Of a stretch of 32,000 bases of DNA, positions 6,607 through 15,743 are shown piece by piece. The stretch is from assembly GCA_036702135.1 (NCBI GenBank), contig JAUBSB010000012.1. One strand, 5' to 3'. Position numbers and translations under genes: made by a program. How positions within the stretch are numbered: position 1 is the stretch's first letter; every line of letters begins with the position of its first letter. Below the pieces are notes generated by a model. It was not told the origin of the DNA, did not search any database, and was given only the letters and a program-made list of their open reading frames with translations. The stretch comes from Microcoleus sp. LAD1_D3 (GTDB lineage: Bacteria > Cyanobacteriota > Cyanobacteriia > Cyanobacteriales > Microcoleaceae).

Positions 6607-8049
6607 ATGGGTTACATGAAATGTCCAAGATGCGAATCAGACGAAGTTCGTAAAAACGGCCGTCCCAACGGGCACCAGCGGTATCTTTGCAAAGCTTGCC
6701 GCAAACATTTTTTTGAGCGGTTGAGTCCGCAGTCTTTCAGTCGCCAATGCACCGAAACAGAGTTAAGCGAAGCTATCCCGCAAGGAATCGAGTCTGCAAC
6801 AACCACAGAGTCCGGCGGGATTTCGATTTTGCTGTTAGATGCCGAAAATCTGAAACTTAAGGTTAATACAGAACAATTCTTAGCGGGTTTGTGCGACTAT
6901 CCCCTGCAAGTTAAAATTGCTTTTGCTAACTGGAAAAACCCAAGTATCGGCAAGTTGGATGCTGAACTTTATGATCGCGGTTACGAACTGATTCACGTTC
7001 CGGGCGGTGCTAATAGTGCGGATGGTAAAATGATTGCTTTTGGCGCTGCTATTTTATATCGATATCGGGATGTAAAACAAGTTTTTGTCTGTTCTTCGGA
7101 TGGTTTGTTAAATCATCTTTGCAATCAGTTGCAAAATCAGGGATTGACTGTCTTTCGGGTGCGTCGGCAAAATTCTGTTTTGTCTGTAGAAAACTGTCAG
7201 AATGGTGAGAGCAAGCACTATTCTTGCGAAAGAGAAGAGGAAATCCCTAGTTTTGAAGAATTGGCTAATCAAGTTACAGAGTTGTTGAAGGCTGAACACA
7301 AATCTATTGATGAGCGAATCGCTCGTTTTTCTACTGTGGCTGAGCTTTTTCAAGAGCGCCACACTATTGTTTTCCCTTCTACAACTTCCCCTGCTGCACT
7401 GTCGGATTCAGCAGAAGACAAAATTTCTTCTGGGACTAAAGAGTGTGTAACTCCTCTTGTCGTGGATCTAGATATTGAATCCCAAAAAGTTCCCGAAACC
7501 AAGTCAGTCAATTCAATTGGGATTAATTCGCTGGATGATTTAGAAAAGATACTTGTAGCAATGATTGCGAAAGCGATAGTTGAGTTAAAACAAAATGCTA
7601 TTTTCGTCACAAGAATCAAGAAACAATTTTATACGAAATATCAGTGTCATGCCGATTTACTTGTGAAAAAGTTTTTGCCTGATTCTAGTCTAATTAATTA
7701 TTTTAAATCGCGTCCGTCTGTTTTCAAAATGGAATTGCTCGGTAACGAACATCAAGTGGCGATCGCTCCCAAAGCAGCAGCAGCTTCAAAAACAGATCCC
7801 TCAGCCGCCCTGGAAGCATCTATAGAAAATATTGTACTGGCATTAACTGCTAAATCTCCAGGCAATTACATTGGCATTAACCAGGTAGCCACCGAATTTC
7901 ACAAGCAATACGGTCAACCGATTACTAAAAAGCTGCAATCGCTGCATTTGGGTAGCAATTTTTACGATTTTTTGCAGTCATGCCAAAAATTTAAAGTTCA
8001 GAAAAAGGGTAAGGAGCATCAAGTGGCGATCGCCAAAGTTACGGATTAA
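6607..8049 (+). CDS. Zn-ribbon + NYN (LabA-like, PIN-fold RNase) + two OST-HTH/LOTUS domains
   Basis: CPRC...x17...CKAC zinc ribbon of IS1 InsA-N type. NYN motifs ILLLDAENL, GGANSADGKMI, VFVCSSDGLLNHL...GLTVF. Two C-terminal modules each end in G.EHQVAIA. Start is ambiguous (TTG 6580, ATG 6607 or 6616). Confidence 0.8.
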   Translation: MGYMKCPRCESDEVRKNGRPNGHQRYLCKACRKHFFERLSPQSFSRQCTETELSEAIPQGIESATTTESGGISILLLDAENLKLKVNTEQFLAGLCDYPLQVKIAFANWKNPSIGKLDAELYDRGYELIHVPGGANSADGKMIAFGAAILYRYRDVKQVFVCSSDGLLNHLCNQLQNQGLTVFRVRRQNSVLSVENCQNGESKHYSCEREEEIPSFEELANQVTELLKAEHKSIDERIARFSTVAELFQERHTIVFPSTTSPAALSDSAEDKISSGTKECVTPLVVDLDIESQKVPETKSVNSIGINSLDDLEKILVAMIAKAIVELKQNAIFVTRIKKQFYTKYQCHADLLVKKFLPDSSLINYFKSRPSVFKMELLGNEHQVAIAPKAAAASKTDPSAALEASIENIVLALTAKSPGNYIGINQVATEFHKQYGQPITKKLQSLHLGSNFYDFLQSCQKFKVQKKGKEHQVAIAKVTD

Positions 8050-8074
8050 ATATATGACTCCAAAGTCATATATT
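8049..8074 (+). other. AT-rich 11-bp hairpin overlapping the stop codon of the NYN gene
   Basis: aaTATATGACT-ccaa-AGTCATATAtt. There is no U-run, so terminator function is uncertain. Confidence 0.3.
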
Positions 8075-8531
8075 GTGAGGGTAAGGTGCGCTTGGACGTA
8101 CCTTACAAGCTATAGCAGTCGCCAAGGTGCTTAGGCCACACTCGCCCTTCGACTACGCTCATGTACTCCCTGGCGATCGTATTCAAGATTGAGGTCAAAC
8201 AGACAACTTTTCGCCTGTCAGGTTTTAATGGGGCGGCCCACTTTTCTTTCAACCAGTCCGAGGTTTTAACCCTCTGTTATCGAATTGCTTACCTATTTTT
8301 AACCATTTTTGATTAGCTATTGTGATAAATTATCAGAGGACATCAGTTGTTTTAAATAACCATCTACTAGCAATCATTAGTTATTAGTTTTTAAAGCTGA
8401 ATTTTTGAGTCAGTTTGCAGCGACTCAATTACTGAATAATAATTAATCCCTCACTAACTAGCACGAAAAATTAATTATTTTTAAACTATCAATACACTCT
8501 CGATCGCCAACAATCAAAAGCCCAGGTTTAA

Positions 8532-10457
8532 ATGAAAACTGCCCCTTCGCATCTGCCACCCCCTGAGTCTAAGCTTTGGCAGCGCAATTTAACCTCAGCT
8601 ATGTGGGAAGAGTATGCTTTACACGTTCTATTGGCGATACTTGGGTGTATTCCCGCATTGATCACCCTAGGAATTATTACAGTCCTGATTTATGAAACAG
8701 CAATTTTCTTCCAAGAAGTACCTTTGTGGAGATTTTTGACAGATACGCAGTGGACGCCACTGTTTCCCAATAAAACCTTTGGCATTATGGTACTTGCCAG
8801 CGGCACATTGTTGACAACGGCGATCGCCATGACTGTTGCCGTGCCTATTGGCTTGCTCACCGCCATCTACCTCAGCGAATATGCTCCCCATACAGTGCGT
8901 TATCTGCTCAAACCATTTATAGAAACTCTATCGGGAATCCCCACTGTAGTCTATGGCTATTTTGCTCTGTTATTTGTCACCCCGCTGCTGCAAAAAATTA
9001 TCCCCACTCTAGCCGGGTTTAGTCCTTTAAGTGCAGGTTTAGTCACTGGCATAATGATTGCACCTATCGTATCTTCAATGAGTGAAGACGCCATTCACAA
9101 TGTACCTCATAAATTACGCGAAGCCGCTTATGCTTTAGGTTTTACTCAACCTGAAATTATCACTAAAATAATTTTACCCGTCGCATTTCCCGGCATCGTC
9201 GCCTCTTTTACATTAGCAGCTTCTCGCTGTTTGGGAGAAACCCTAATCGCCTCCATTGCAGCCGGACAAAATCCCCATTTGGCTCTAAATCCGCTAGAAC
9301 CAGTATCGACCATGACTGCTTTTATCATTCAAGTAAGTTTGGGCGATGTACCTATAAATTCGCTAGAATTTCACACTATTTTCACAGTAGGAACTGTCAT
9401 ATTTTTGATGACATCGCTCCTTAACACACTGAGTCACTTGCTTGTCCGGCGCCACCGCGTTCTAATGTTAGAACTCCCACTCTCCAGCCCGGAGGGCAAT
9501 CAAGAAATTTTAGCGATTAATTCCCGGTCAGATATCGATCAATACTCCCCTCAAAAAACACCAAATTCTCCTCACATTTTTCAGTCTAATTTCGCCAAAC
9601 GTCACTTCGTCGATCGAATATTCATAATTCTCACAGCTATTCCACCTTTAGTTCTAATAACCGTTATCGGGCTTTTATTATTTGATGTTTCTCAAGATGG
9701 TCTCTCGCGTCTTAACTGGCAATTTATCACGTCATTTGCTTCCAGAAATCCCGAAGAAGGAGGAATTTACGTAGCCTTAGCAGGAACTTTTTGCTTGCTG
9801 GGATTAACTGCCATTTTCGCTACCCCCATTGGAGTAGGAGCAGCAATTTATCTCGAAGAATACGTCCCCAATAATCTATTTAGCGAATTCCTCGAAATTA
9901 ACATTGCAAATTTAGCAGCAATGCCCTCTATTATTTATGGCTTGCTAGGGCTGGGAGTATTTGTTCACGGATTAGGATTCTTGACTGGCAAGTACAGTTT
10001 ACTTTCTGCGTCCCTCACTCTATCAGTAATCGCTTTACCCACAATAATTATAGCTACTCGTTCAGCGCTGCGCGCCGTTTCCTATAGCTTGCGCGAAGGA
10101 GGCACCGCTACAGGAATGACTCGGTGGCAGGTTTTGTGGCATCTAGTCCTGCCATCTGCAATGCCCGGTATTTTAACGGGAATTTCTTTATCCCTTTCCC
10201 GCGCAATTGGCGAAACAGCCCCGCTAATTGCGGTAGGTGCATCGGCTTTTATTACCTTTACGCCTGCTTTATCTCTGGAGGGGTTGCACAGTCCTTTTAC
10301 CGCTCTACCCGTTCAAATATTTAACTGGGTTTCTCGAAGTCAAGCCGATTTCCAACAAAATGCAGCAGCAGCAATTATCTTGCTAATTGGCATTCTATTT
10401 GTGATGAACATTTCAGCTATAATATTGCGAGATTGCTATAGCAAAAAACAAGCATAA
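8532..10457 (+). CDS. pstCA: fused PstC-PstA phosphate ABC transporter permease (641 aa)
   Basis: The N-half is collinear with the separate PstC at 13353-14282 (WTPLF, GIPTVVYGYFALLFVTPLLQK, QVSLGD). The C-half is collinear with PstA at 12306-13229 (LSRLNWQFITSF, AIYLEEY, IFNWVSR). They are joined by a low-complexity linker of about 60 aa. Confidence 0.9.
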   Translation: MKTAPSHLPPPESKLWQRNLTSAMWEEYALHVLLAILGCIPALITLGIITVLIYETAIFFQEVPLWRFLTDTQWTPLFPNKTFGIMVLASGTLLTTAIAMTVAVPIGLLTAIYLSEYAPHTVRYLLKPFIETLSGIPTVVYGYFALLFVTPLLQKIIPTLAGFSPLSAGLVTGIMIAPIVSSMSEDAIHNVPHKLREAAYALGFTQPEIITKIILPVAFPGIVASFTLAASRCLGETLIASIAAGQNPHLALNPLEPVSTMTAFIIQVSLGDVPINSLEFHTIFTVGTVIFLMTSLLNTLSHLLVRRHRVLMLELPLSSPEGNQEILAINSRSDIDQYSPQKTPNSPHIFQSNFAKRHFVDRIFIILTAIPPLVLITVIGLLLFDVSQDGLSRLNWQFITSFASRNPEEGGIYVALAGTFCLLGLTAIFATPIGVGAAIYLEEYVPNNLFSEFLEINIANLAAMPSIIYGLLGLGVFVHGLGFLTGKYSLLSASLTLSVIALPTIIIATRSALRAVSYSLREGGTATGMTRWQVLWHLVLPSAMPGILTGISLSLSRAIGETAPLIAVGASAFITFTPALSLEGLHSPFTALPVQIFNWVSRSQADFQQNAAAAIILLIGILFVMNISAIILRDCYSKKQA

Positions 10458-10640
10458 AGTATCAAAAAGCAATTAGCAACCCGTAATTGCGAAGTAAAAT
10501 CTCACCCCAGTAGAAATAAATTTTCGCACCCTGTAAACCGAAAAATCAAGGATTAGGAGTGTAACGGATAAATTATTGGTTTTTTCTTGCACTCCCCTAT
10601 CCGCAATTCCCAATCCCCAGTCGCCAGTTTCTTTGTACCT

Positions 10641-11456
10641 ATGCAAACAGATTTTGAATTGCCAACCCCCCTAGAAGCTATTTTGCGCGTCCAGCAACTA
10701 TCCGTATCCTACAATAACACTTTAGCCATACAAGGAATCAATATGGAAATTTACAAAAATCAAGTTACAGGATTTATCGGCCCTTCTAGCTGCGGAAAAA
10801 CTACTCTGCTGCGCTGTTTTAATCGTATCAACGACTTAGTTAAAGGCGCCCAAGTAACTGGAAAAATTACTTTTGACGATCGAGACATCACAGAGTTCAA
10901 TCTCATAGAGATTCGCCGCCGCATCGGTATGGTATTTCAAAAACCCAATCCATTCCCCAAATCTATTTACGAGAACATCGCTTTGGGACTTCGCGTCAAC
11001 GGCTATCGGGGAAATATTGACGAGCTTGTCGAAGATTCTCTCCGTCAAGCAGCGCTGTGGGATGAAGTAAAAGACCGGCTTAATAAAAATGCTATGACTT
11101 TATCAGGGGGCCAGCAGCAGCGACTTTGCATTGCTAGAGCCTTAGCACTGCAACCAGAGGTGATTTTGATGGATGAACCTTGTTCAGCGCTCGATCCAAT
11201 TTCAACTTTACGCATAGAAGAATTGATTAACCGACTTAAAAAGCATTACACAATTGTTATAGTCACGCACAATTTACAGCAGGCTTCAAGAGTTGCTGAT
11301 CTTGTTGCCTTTTTCAATATCAAGATTCAAGAAGGAAGGCGAGTGGGCGAACTTGTAGAGTATGCTTCAGCTCCTTCTCTATTTCTCAGTCCTCAACATA
11401 AAACGACTTGTGATTATGTGGGTACTTACAGCCGCATAGATAGTGTAATTAATTAA
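10641..11456 (+). CDS. pstB: PstB-like phosphate ABC transporter ATPase with a divergent C-terminus
   Basis: Walker [11 protein letters not shown]-loop, signature [15 protein letters not shown], Walker [13 protein letters not shown]-loop VTHN. The ORF-track start at 10587 is TTG; the ATG at 10641 (MQTDFEL) is more plausible. Confidence 0.88.
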   Translation: MQTDFELPTPLEAILRVQQLSVSYNNTLAIQGINMEIYKNQVTGFIGPSSCGKTTLLRCFNRINDLVKGAQVTGKITFDDRDITEFNLIEIRRRIGMVFQKPNPFPKSIYENIALGLRVNGYRGNIDELVEDSLRQAALWDEVKDRLNKNAMTLSGGQQQRLCIARALALQPEVILMDEPCSALDPISTLRIEELINRLKKHYTIVIVTHNLQQASRVADLVAFFNIKIQEGRRVGELVEYASAPSLFLSPQHKTTCDYVGTYSRIDSVIN

Positions 11457-11458
11457 AA

Positions 11459-11498
11459 AATTAAGGTGCGTTACAAGTAGATATAACGCACCTTAATT
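11459..11498. terminator. shared hairpin terminator between the convergent pstB genes
   Basis: Perfect 15-bp stem AATTAAGGTGCGTTA / TAACGCACCTTAATT with a 10-nt loop. Read on the minus strand it is followed by T6, which is good for the pstSCAB operon. There is no U-run on the plus strand. Confidence 0.75.
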
Positions 11499-11508
11499 CA
11501 GTCATTGA

Positions 11509-12312
11509 TTATCCAAATCGACCTTCTACATATTCTTGCGTTTGCTGCTTGGCAGGATTGTTAAAAATAGTCTTAGTTTGATTAAACTCCACCATTTCGC
11601 CTAAATACATGAAAGCCGTATAGTCAGAAACCCGTGCGGCTTGCTGCATATTGTGAGTGACAATTAAAATTGTCACTTGTTCTTTCAACTCGGCAATTAA
11701 AGCTTCGATGCTGGAAGTTGCGATCGGGTCGAGCGCAGAAGTTGGTTCATCAAATAAAATTATTTCCGGTTCGGTTGCGAGAGCTCTCGCAATGCACAAC
11801 CGCTGCTGTTGACCTCCCGAAAGATTAAACGCCAAATCATTTAATCTGTCTTTTACTTCATTCCACAAAGCTGCGCCCTGCAGAGCTTTTTCGACTTTTT
11901 CATCCATGACGCTGCGCTTCGTTTGACCTCGCACCCGCAACCCGTAGACTACATTTTCATAGATTGACTTGGGAAAAGGATTTGGCTTTTGAAACACCAT
12001 GCTGATCCGCATCCGAACTTCGATGGGATCTACCTTACGGCTGAGGATATTAATCTCATCGGAGTCCAGCAAGATTTCCCCTTCGTAGCGATTGCCGGGA
12101 TAGAGGTCGTGCATCCGATTGAAACACCGCAGCAGCGTAGTTTTGCCGCAGCCAGACGGGCCAATCAGCGCGGTCACTTTTTTATCATCCACAACTAGGT
12201 TGATGTTTTTCAGTGCCTGAGTTGAACCGTAGAAAAAATTCAGATTTCTGACCTCAGCTTTTGCCTTAACGGCAGTTGAAGACGAAGAGTTGGTTGTGAT
12301 TTTTTTTACCAT
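11509..12312 (-). CDS. pstB: phosphate ABC transporter ATP-binding protein PstB
   Basis: [58 protein letters not shown]-terminal EYVEGRFG. The ORF-track start at 12486 lies inside pstA. The ATG at 12312 overlaps the pstA stop (aaATGGTAA). Confidence 0.92.
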   Translation of the reverse strand: MVKKITTNSSSSTAVKAKAEVRNLNFFYGSTQALKNINLVVDDKKVTALIGPSGCGKTTLLRCFNRMHDLYPGNRYEGEILLDSDEINILSRKVDPIEVRMRISMVFQKPNPFPKSIYENVVYGLRVRGQTKRSVMDEKVEKALQGAALWNEVKDRLNDLAFNLSGGQQQRLCIARALATEPEIILFDEPTSALDPIATSSIEALIAELKEQVTILIVTHNMQQAARVSDYTAFMYLGEMVEFNQTKTIFNNPAKQQTQEYVEGRFG

Positions 12313-13229
12313 TTGATGTTTTTGCGGAAAATATAGCGGAGATAAATTGCCAAGCCATTCATTGCCAAGGTCATCGCCAGTATTATGAGGCCTGCTGCGG
12401 CGGCGTTGTTTTGAAATTCCGGTTGCGGGCGCGATACCCAGTTGAACATTTGCATGGGCATGACTGTGAAGGGTGACATCAGCCATTTAAAGGAAACATA
12501 AGGAAATTCGGCTTGCAGGGGAGAGTCTGGCAAAAAGGCAATAAAGGTGAGGGCTCCAATTGTAATCAGAGGTGCTGTTTCTCCGATCGCCCTTGACAAC
12601 CCCACAATTACTCCTGTCATAATACTGCCAGCGGAGTATGGCAAAACGTGATCCGAAATCGTTTGCCACTTGGTAGCGCCTGTGGCGTAGGAAGCTTCCC
12701 TGATCTCATTAGGAATAGCCCGAAGTGCCTCGCGAGTAGTAACAATTACTACTGGTAAAATCAGCAGTGCTAAAGTCAAACCAGCGGTGAGAATACTCTG
12801 ACCCAAGTTTAATTGATATACAAAGAAACCTAAAGCTAAAAGTCCATAAACAATTGAAGGAACGCCTGCTAAATTAGTGACATTAATTTCGATAAAATCA
12901 GCAACCCAATTTTTCCTGGCGTACTCTTCCAAGTAAATACCCGACGCAATACCCAAGGGAACTGCGGCTAAAGCGGTTACTAACATTACTAAAGTCGAGC
13001 CTACCCAACCAGACAGTACGCCTGCATTTTCCGCGCGACGGGAGGGGAAGGATGTCAAGAATTGCCAGGAAAGACGCGGTAGACCGTCGATCGCCAAATC
13101 AATGATTAATGCTAACAGGACAACCACGCCTAATAGCATAAACAATAAGCCTATCGCAGCGAAAATGCTGTCCCAGAGCTTAGCTTTTGCAATTATTTTT
13201 CTGATTTCCTGTATATTTTTTACTGCCAT
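12306..13229 (-). CDS. pstA: phosphate ABC transporter permease PstA
   Basis: Typical PstA motifs ([41 protein letters not shown]). The first 21 codons of the ORF-track ORF (to 13292) are translated heptamer repeats (ITNNQLPITNYQ). The ATG at 13229 (MAVKNIQ) is preferred. Confidence 0.9.
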   Translation of the reverse strand: MAVKNIQEIRKIIAKAKLWDSIFAAIGLLFMLLGVVVLLALIIDLAIDGLPRLSWQFLTSFPSRRAENAGVLSGWVGSTLVMLVTALAAVPLGIASGIYLEEYARKNWVADFIEINVTNLAGVPSIVYGLLALGFFVYQLNLGQSILTAGLTLALLILPVVIVTTREALRAIPNEIREASYATGATKWQTISDHVLPYSAGSIMTGVIVGLSRAIGETAPLITIGALTFIAFLPDSPLQAEFPYVSFKWLMSPFTVMPMQMFNWVSRPQPEFQNNAAAAGLIILAMTLAMNGLAIYLRYIFRKNIKW

Positions 13230-13276
13230 ATTTTGGTAGTTAGTAATTGGCAATTGATTATTGGTAATTAGTGAGT

Positions 13277-13330
13277 AGTTTTGACTTTTCAATTGTGAAT
13301 TATCAACTCTTTAACTCAAAAGTCAAAACT
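13277..13330 (-). repeat. 13-bp perfect hairpin in the pstC-pstA intercistronic spacer
   Basis: AGTTTTGACTTTT (13277-13289) pairs with AAAAGTCAAAACT (13318-13330), with a 28-nt loop. It is flanked by AATTGGC/AATTGAT/TATTGGT-type heptamers. Confidence 0.6.
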
Positions 13331-13352
13331 TGCTTTTTACCCTTCCCTAGTA

Positions 13353-14282
13353 TTAGTAAATTTCTCTGTAACGCTTGCTCAGAAAATGCCCAATTATGTT
13401 AAATACCAAAGTCATCAACACTAGGGTCAACCCGGCCACAAAAATTGTTTGATACTCTATGCTGGCGTGCGGCAAATCGCCGAGACTCACTTGCACGATA
13501 TAAGAAGCAATTGTAGCACCGGGTTCCATTGGATTCCAGGTGTAATTTGGCTGCAAACCAGAGGCGATCGCGGGGACCATTGTAAGGCCCACAGCACGAG
13601 AAATTGCCAAAATGTAAGAAGCAGAAATTCCTGAAAGTGCAGCGGGAAAAACTACCGACGTTGCTGTCTGAAATCGTGTTGCTCCCATTGCATAAGCGCC
13701 TTCTTTGAGATATACTGGCACTGATCGCATTGCATCTTCGCCGATCGAACTAATGAAGGGTACAATCATAATCCCCACCACCAATCCAGCGCTCAACATA
13801 TTGAAGCCCGGTAAACCTGGCAGCACTTTCTGCAATAGCGGGGTTACAAATAAGAAGGCAAAGTAACCGTAGATTACTGTGGGAACTCCCGCCAGCAATT
13901 CCAACGCTGGCTTCATCACCTCTCGCACCCGACTGTCAGCAAATTCGCTCAGGTAAATCGCAATGATTGTACCCATAGGAATTGCCACCATCATTGCAAC
14001 TCCCGCAATTACCAAAGTACCCGAAACTAGGGGCAAAATCCCGTAGCGAGGCTCGGAAAACAGCGGTGTCCATTCTGTACTCGTGAGAAATTCCACCAAA
14101 GAAACTTTTTGGAAGAAACCCAAGGACTCCGAAACTAGGATGTAAAGAATAGCGAAAGTAGTTAGTACCGATGAAAAGGCTGCAAGGAACAGCAAGAAGG
14201 CGATCGCGCCTTCGCGTAAATCCCTCACTACCTTTGGGGAAAACGCGGCTTGTTTGGATAATTTCACTGATTTTTGAGCCAT
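13353..14282 (-). CDS. pstC: phosphate ABC transporter permease PstC
   Basis: 309 aa; WTPLF, GVPTVIYGYFAFLFVTPLLQK, EAA-loop GEDAMRSVPVYLKEGAYAMGATRFQ. Confidence 0.92.
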   Translation of the reverse strand: MAQKSVKLSKQAAFSPKVVRDLREGAIAFLLFLAAFSSVLTTFAILYILVSESLGFFQKVSLVEFLTSTEWTPLFSEPRYGILPLVSGTLVIAGVAMMVAIPMGTIIAIYLSEFADSRVREVMKPALELLAGVPTVIYGYFAFLFVTPLLQKVLPGLPGFNMLSAGLVVGIMIVPFISSIGEDAMRSVPVYLKEGAYAMGATRFQTATSVVFPAALSGISASYILAISRAVGLTMVPAIASGLQPNYTWNPMEPGATIASYIVQVSLGDLPHASIEYQTIFVAGLTLVLMTLVFNIIGHFLSKRYREIY

Positions 14283-14456
14283 TAGTTATCAACAATTAGT
14301 CATTGGTTATTAGTTATCAGTCATCAGTCATTAGTCGTGACTCTCCGATTTGCACCCCGAAATATAGATATAATTTTTGTAAGTAAATACAGCGCCACGA
14401 TCTGGATTTACTCCCGTAACTAATGACTGCTGACTAAATAAATACCGACAAACTTG
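14283..14456. repeat. heptamer-repeat tract with dyad symmetry in the pstS-pstC spacer
   Basis: TCATTAG/TTATCAG/TCATCAG/TCATTAG units at 14283-14338. An inverted copy (taactaatgactgctgacta) lies at about 14419-14440; the arms share CAGTCATTAGT. Confidence 0.6.
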
Positions 14457-15482
14457 CTATCTGGCTTCGCGCTTCAACATTTCCTCAATCGTCAAACCTA
14501 CAGCTTCTTCGCCACCGAAAATAGTGCCTACACGACGCTTTGTAAAATGACTCATAGCAGTTGTATAAGCCTGGGGAGGTAGAGCTACGTACTTGACCTC
14601 GCTCGCTAGTTTAGCACCGTTTTTGATATAGTATTCGACAAACTGCTTCACTTCCGGCTTATCTGCTGACTTGGCATTAACGTAGATGAACAGAGGACGC
14701 GATAGCGGTTGATAACTGCCATTTTGCACTGTCTGCGTAGAAGGCAATACTGCACCTTTGCCACCATTAATTCCCACTGCTTTGAGCTTGCCCTTATTTG
14801 CTTCGTAATAAGCGTAGCCGAAGTAGCCTATGGCATTTTTGTCGCGAGAAACACCGTTGACTAACACATTGTCGTCTTCGCTGGCCGTGTAGTCGCCCCG
14901 GCTAGATTTAGATTTGCCGACGATCGCTTCAGTAAAATAGTCAAAGGTTCCAGAAGCAGTACCCGCACCAAACAGCTTCAGAGGTGCGTTGGGAAATCCC
15001 GCCCGGATTTGGTTCCAATTATTGATTTTGCCCTGAGCTCCGGGTTCCCACATTTTCTTGAGTTCGGCAACTGTCAAGTTTTGCGCCCAGGTATTTTGGG
15101 GGTGAACCACGACAGTCAAAGCATCATAAGCAACGGGTAGTTCTATATATTTAATCCCAGCTTGAGCGCAAGCCTGCATCTCCGCTTTCAAAATCGGTCG
15201 GGAACCGTTGGAAATGTCAGTTTCGCCGCGGCAGAATTTTTTGAAGCCGCCACCCGTACCGGAGACGCCCACGGTAACTTGTATGCCTTTGTTGGTTTTT
15301 TGGAACTCTTCAGCGACTGCTTCGGTAATCGGGTAGACGGTGCTGGAACCGTCGATTTTAATTGTTCTTTGTCCTTGAGCCTGAATCGCTGGGACTGACA
15401 TACCGATCGCCGCAGCTACAAATGCCGATGCACCCGCTATTGTCAAGCCGTTAAGCTTAAATTTCATCAAATTGAGCGCCAT
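14457..15482 (-). CDS. pstS: phosphate-binding protein PstS (periplasmic substrate-binding component)
   Basis: Signal peptide ([31 protein letters not shown]), then [18 protein letters not shown] and GTGGGFKKF motifs typical of PstS-family proteins. An alternative ATG is at 15467. Confidence 0.92.
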   Translation of the reverse strand: MALNLMKFKLNGLTIAGASAFVAAAIGMSVPAIQAQGQRTIKIDGSSTVYPITEAVAEEFQKTNKGIQVTVGVSGTGGGFKKFCRGETDISNGSRPILKAEMQACAQAGIKYIELPVAYDALTVVVHPQNTWAQNLTVAELKKMWEPGAQGKINNWNQIRAGFPNAPLKLFGAGTASGTFDYFTEAIVGKSKSSRGDYTASEDDNVLVNGVSRDKNAIGYFGYAYYEANKGKLKAVGINGGKGAVLPSTQTVQNGSYQPLSRPLFIYVNAKSADKPEVKQFVEYYIKNGAKLASEVKYVALPPQAYTTAMSHFTKRRVGTIFGGEEAVGLTIEEMLKREAR

Positions 15483-15544
15483 ATAATTTGATCCTGTGCG
15501 TTAAGTATGATGAGCAGCGAATCCTATAGGAGGATAACAGTCGA

Positions 15545-15590
15545 TCTTTAAATTTTGAATTAATTTAGATTATGAACAGTTTAAATTTTT
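15545..15590 (-). promoter_or_regulatory. candidate Pho box array (SphR/PhoB-type), four TTAA/TTAT cores at roughly 11-bp phasing
   Basis: TTAA at 15548, 15560 and 15581, and TTAT at 15570 (spacings 12, 10, 11), 65-125 nt upstream of pstS. The region is AT-rich, so chance occurrence is a real possibility. Confidence 0.35.
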
Positions 15591-15743
15591 CCCACTAACT
15601 GAGATAATGGACTGTTGAACAAAGCTTTTGATGACTATAAAATTGATCGGGAAAAAGCTTAAACTAGAAACGGCAGCGACAATAGTCTTTTTAAATGTGC
15701 GATTTGCGATCGTCTTGAAAACTTTGTAAGGTTTTTTGCAAAA

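Noticed and set aside
6607-6720. IS1-type InsA zinc ribbon as evidence for a mobile element
   Set aside because: No transposase catalytic region, no frameshifted insB-like frame and no terminal inverted repeats were seen. The ribbon is fused in frame to a NYN domain.
12313-12486. 58-codon N-terminal extension of pstB in the ORF track
   Set aside because: It overlaps the 3' end of pstA in another frame. The conserved PstB sequence starts at MVKK (ATG 12312), which forms a typical stop/start overlap.
13230-13292. 21-codon N-terminal extension of pstA (MKSQNYSLITNNQLPITNYQN)
   Set aside because: It is encoded by heptamer repeats in the intercistronic spacer. The periodic peptide is a translation artefact.
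15713-15735. TGTA-N8-TGCA, considered as an NtcA-like site upstream of the APC permease
   Set aside because: It deviates from GTA-N8-TAC and ends only about 8 nt before the ATG, which is too close to act as a class II activator site.
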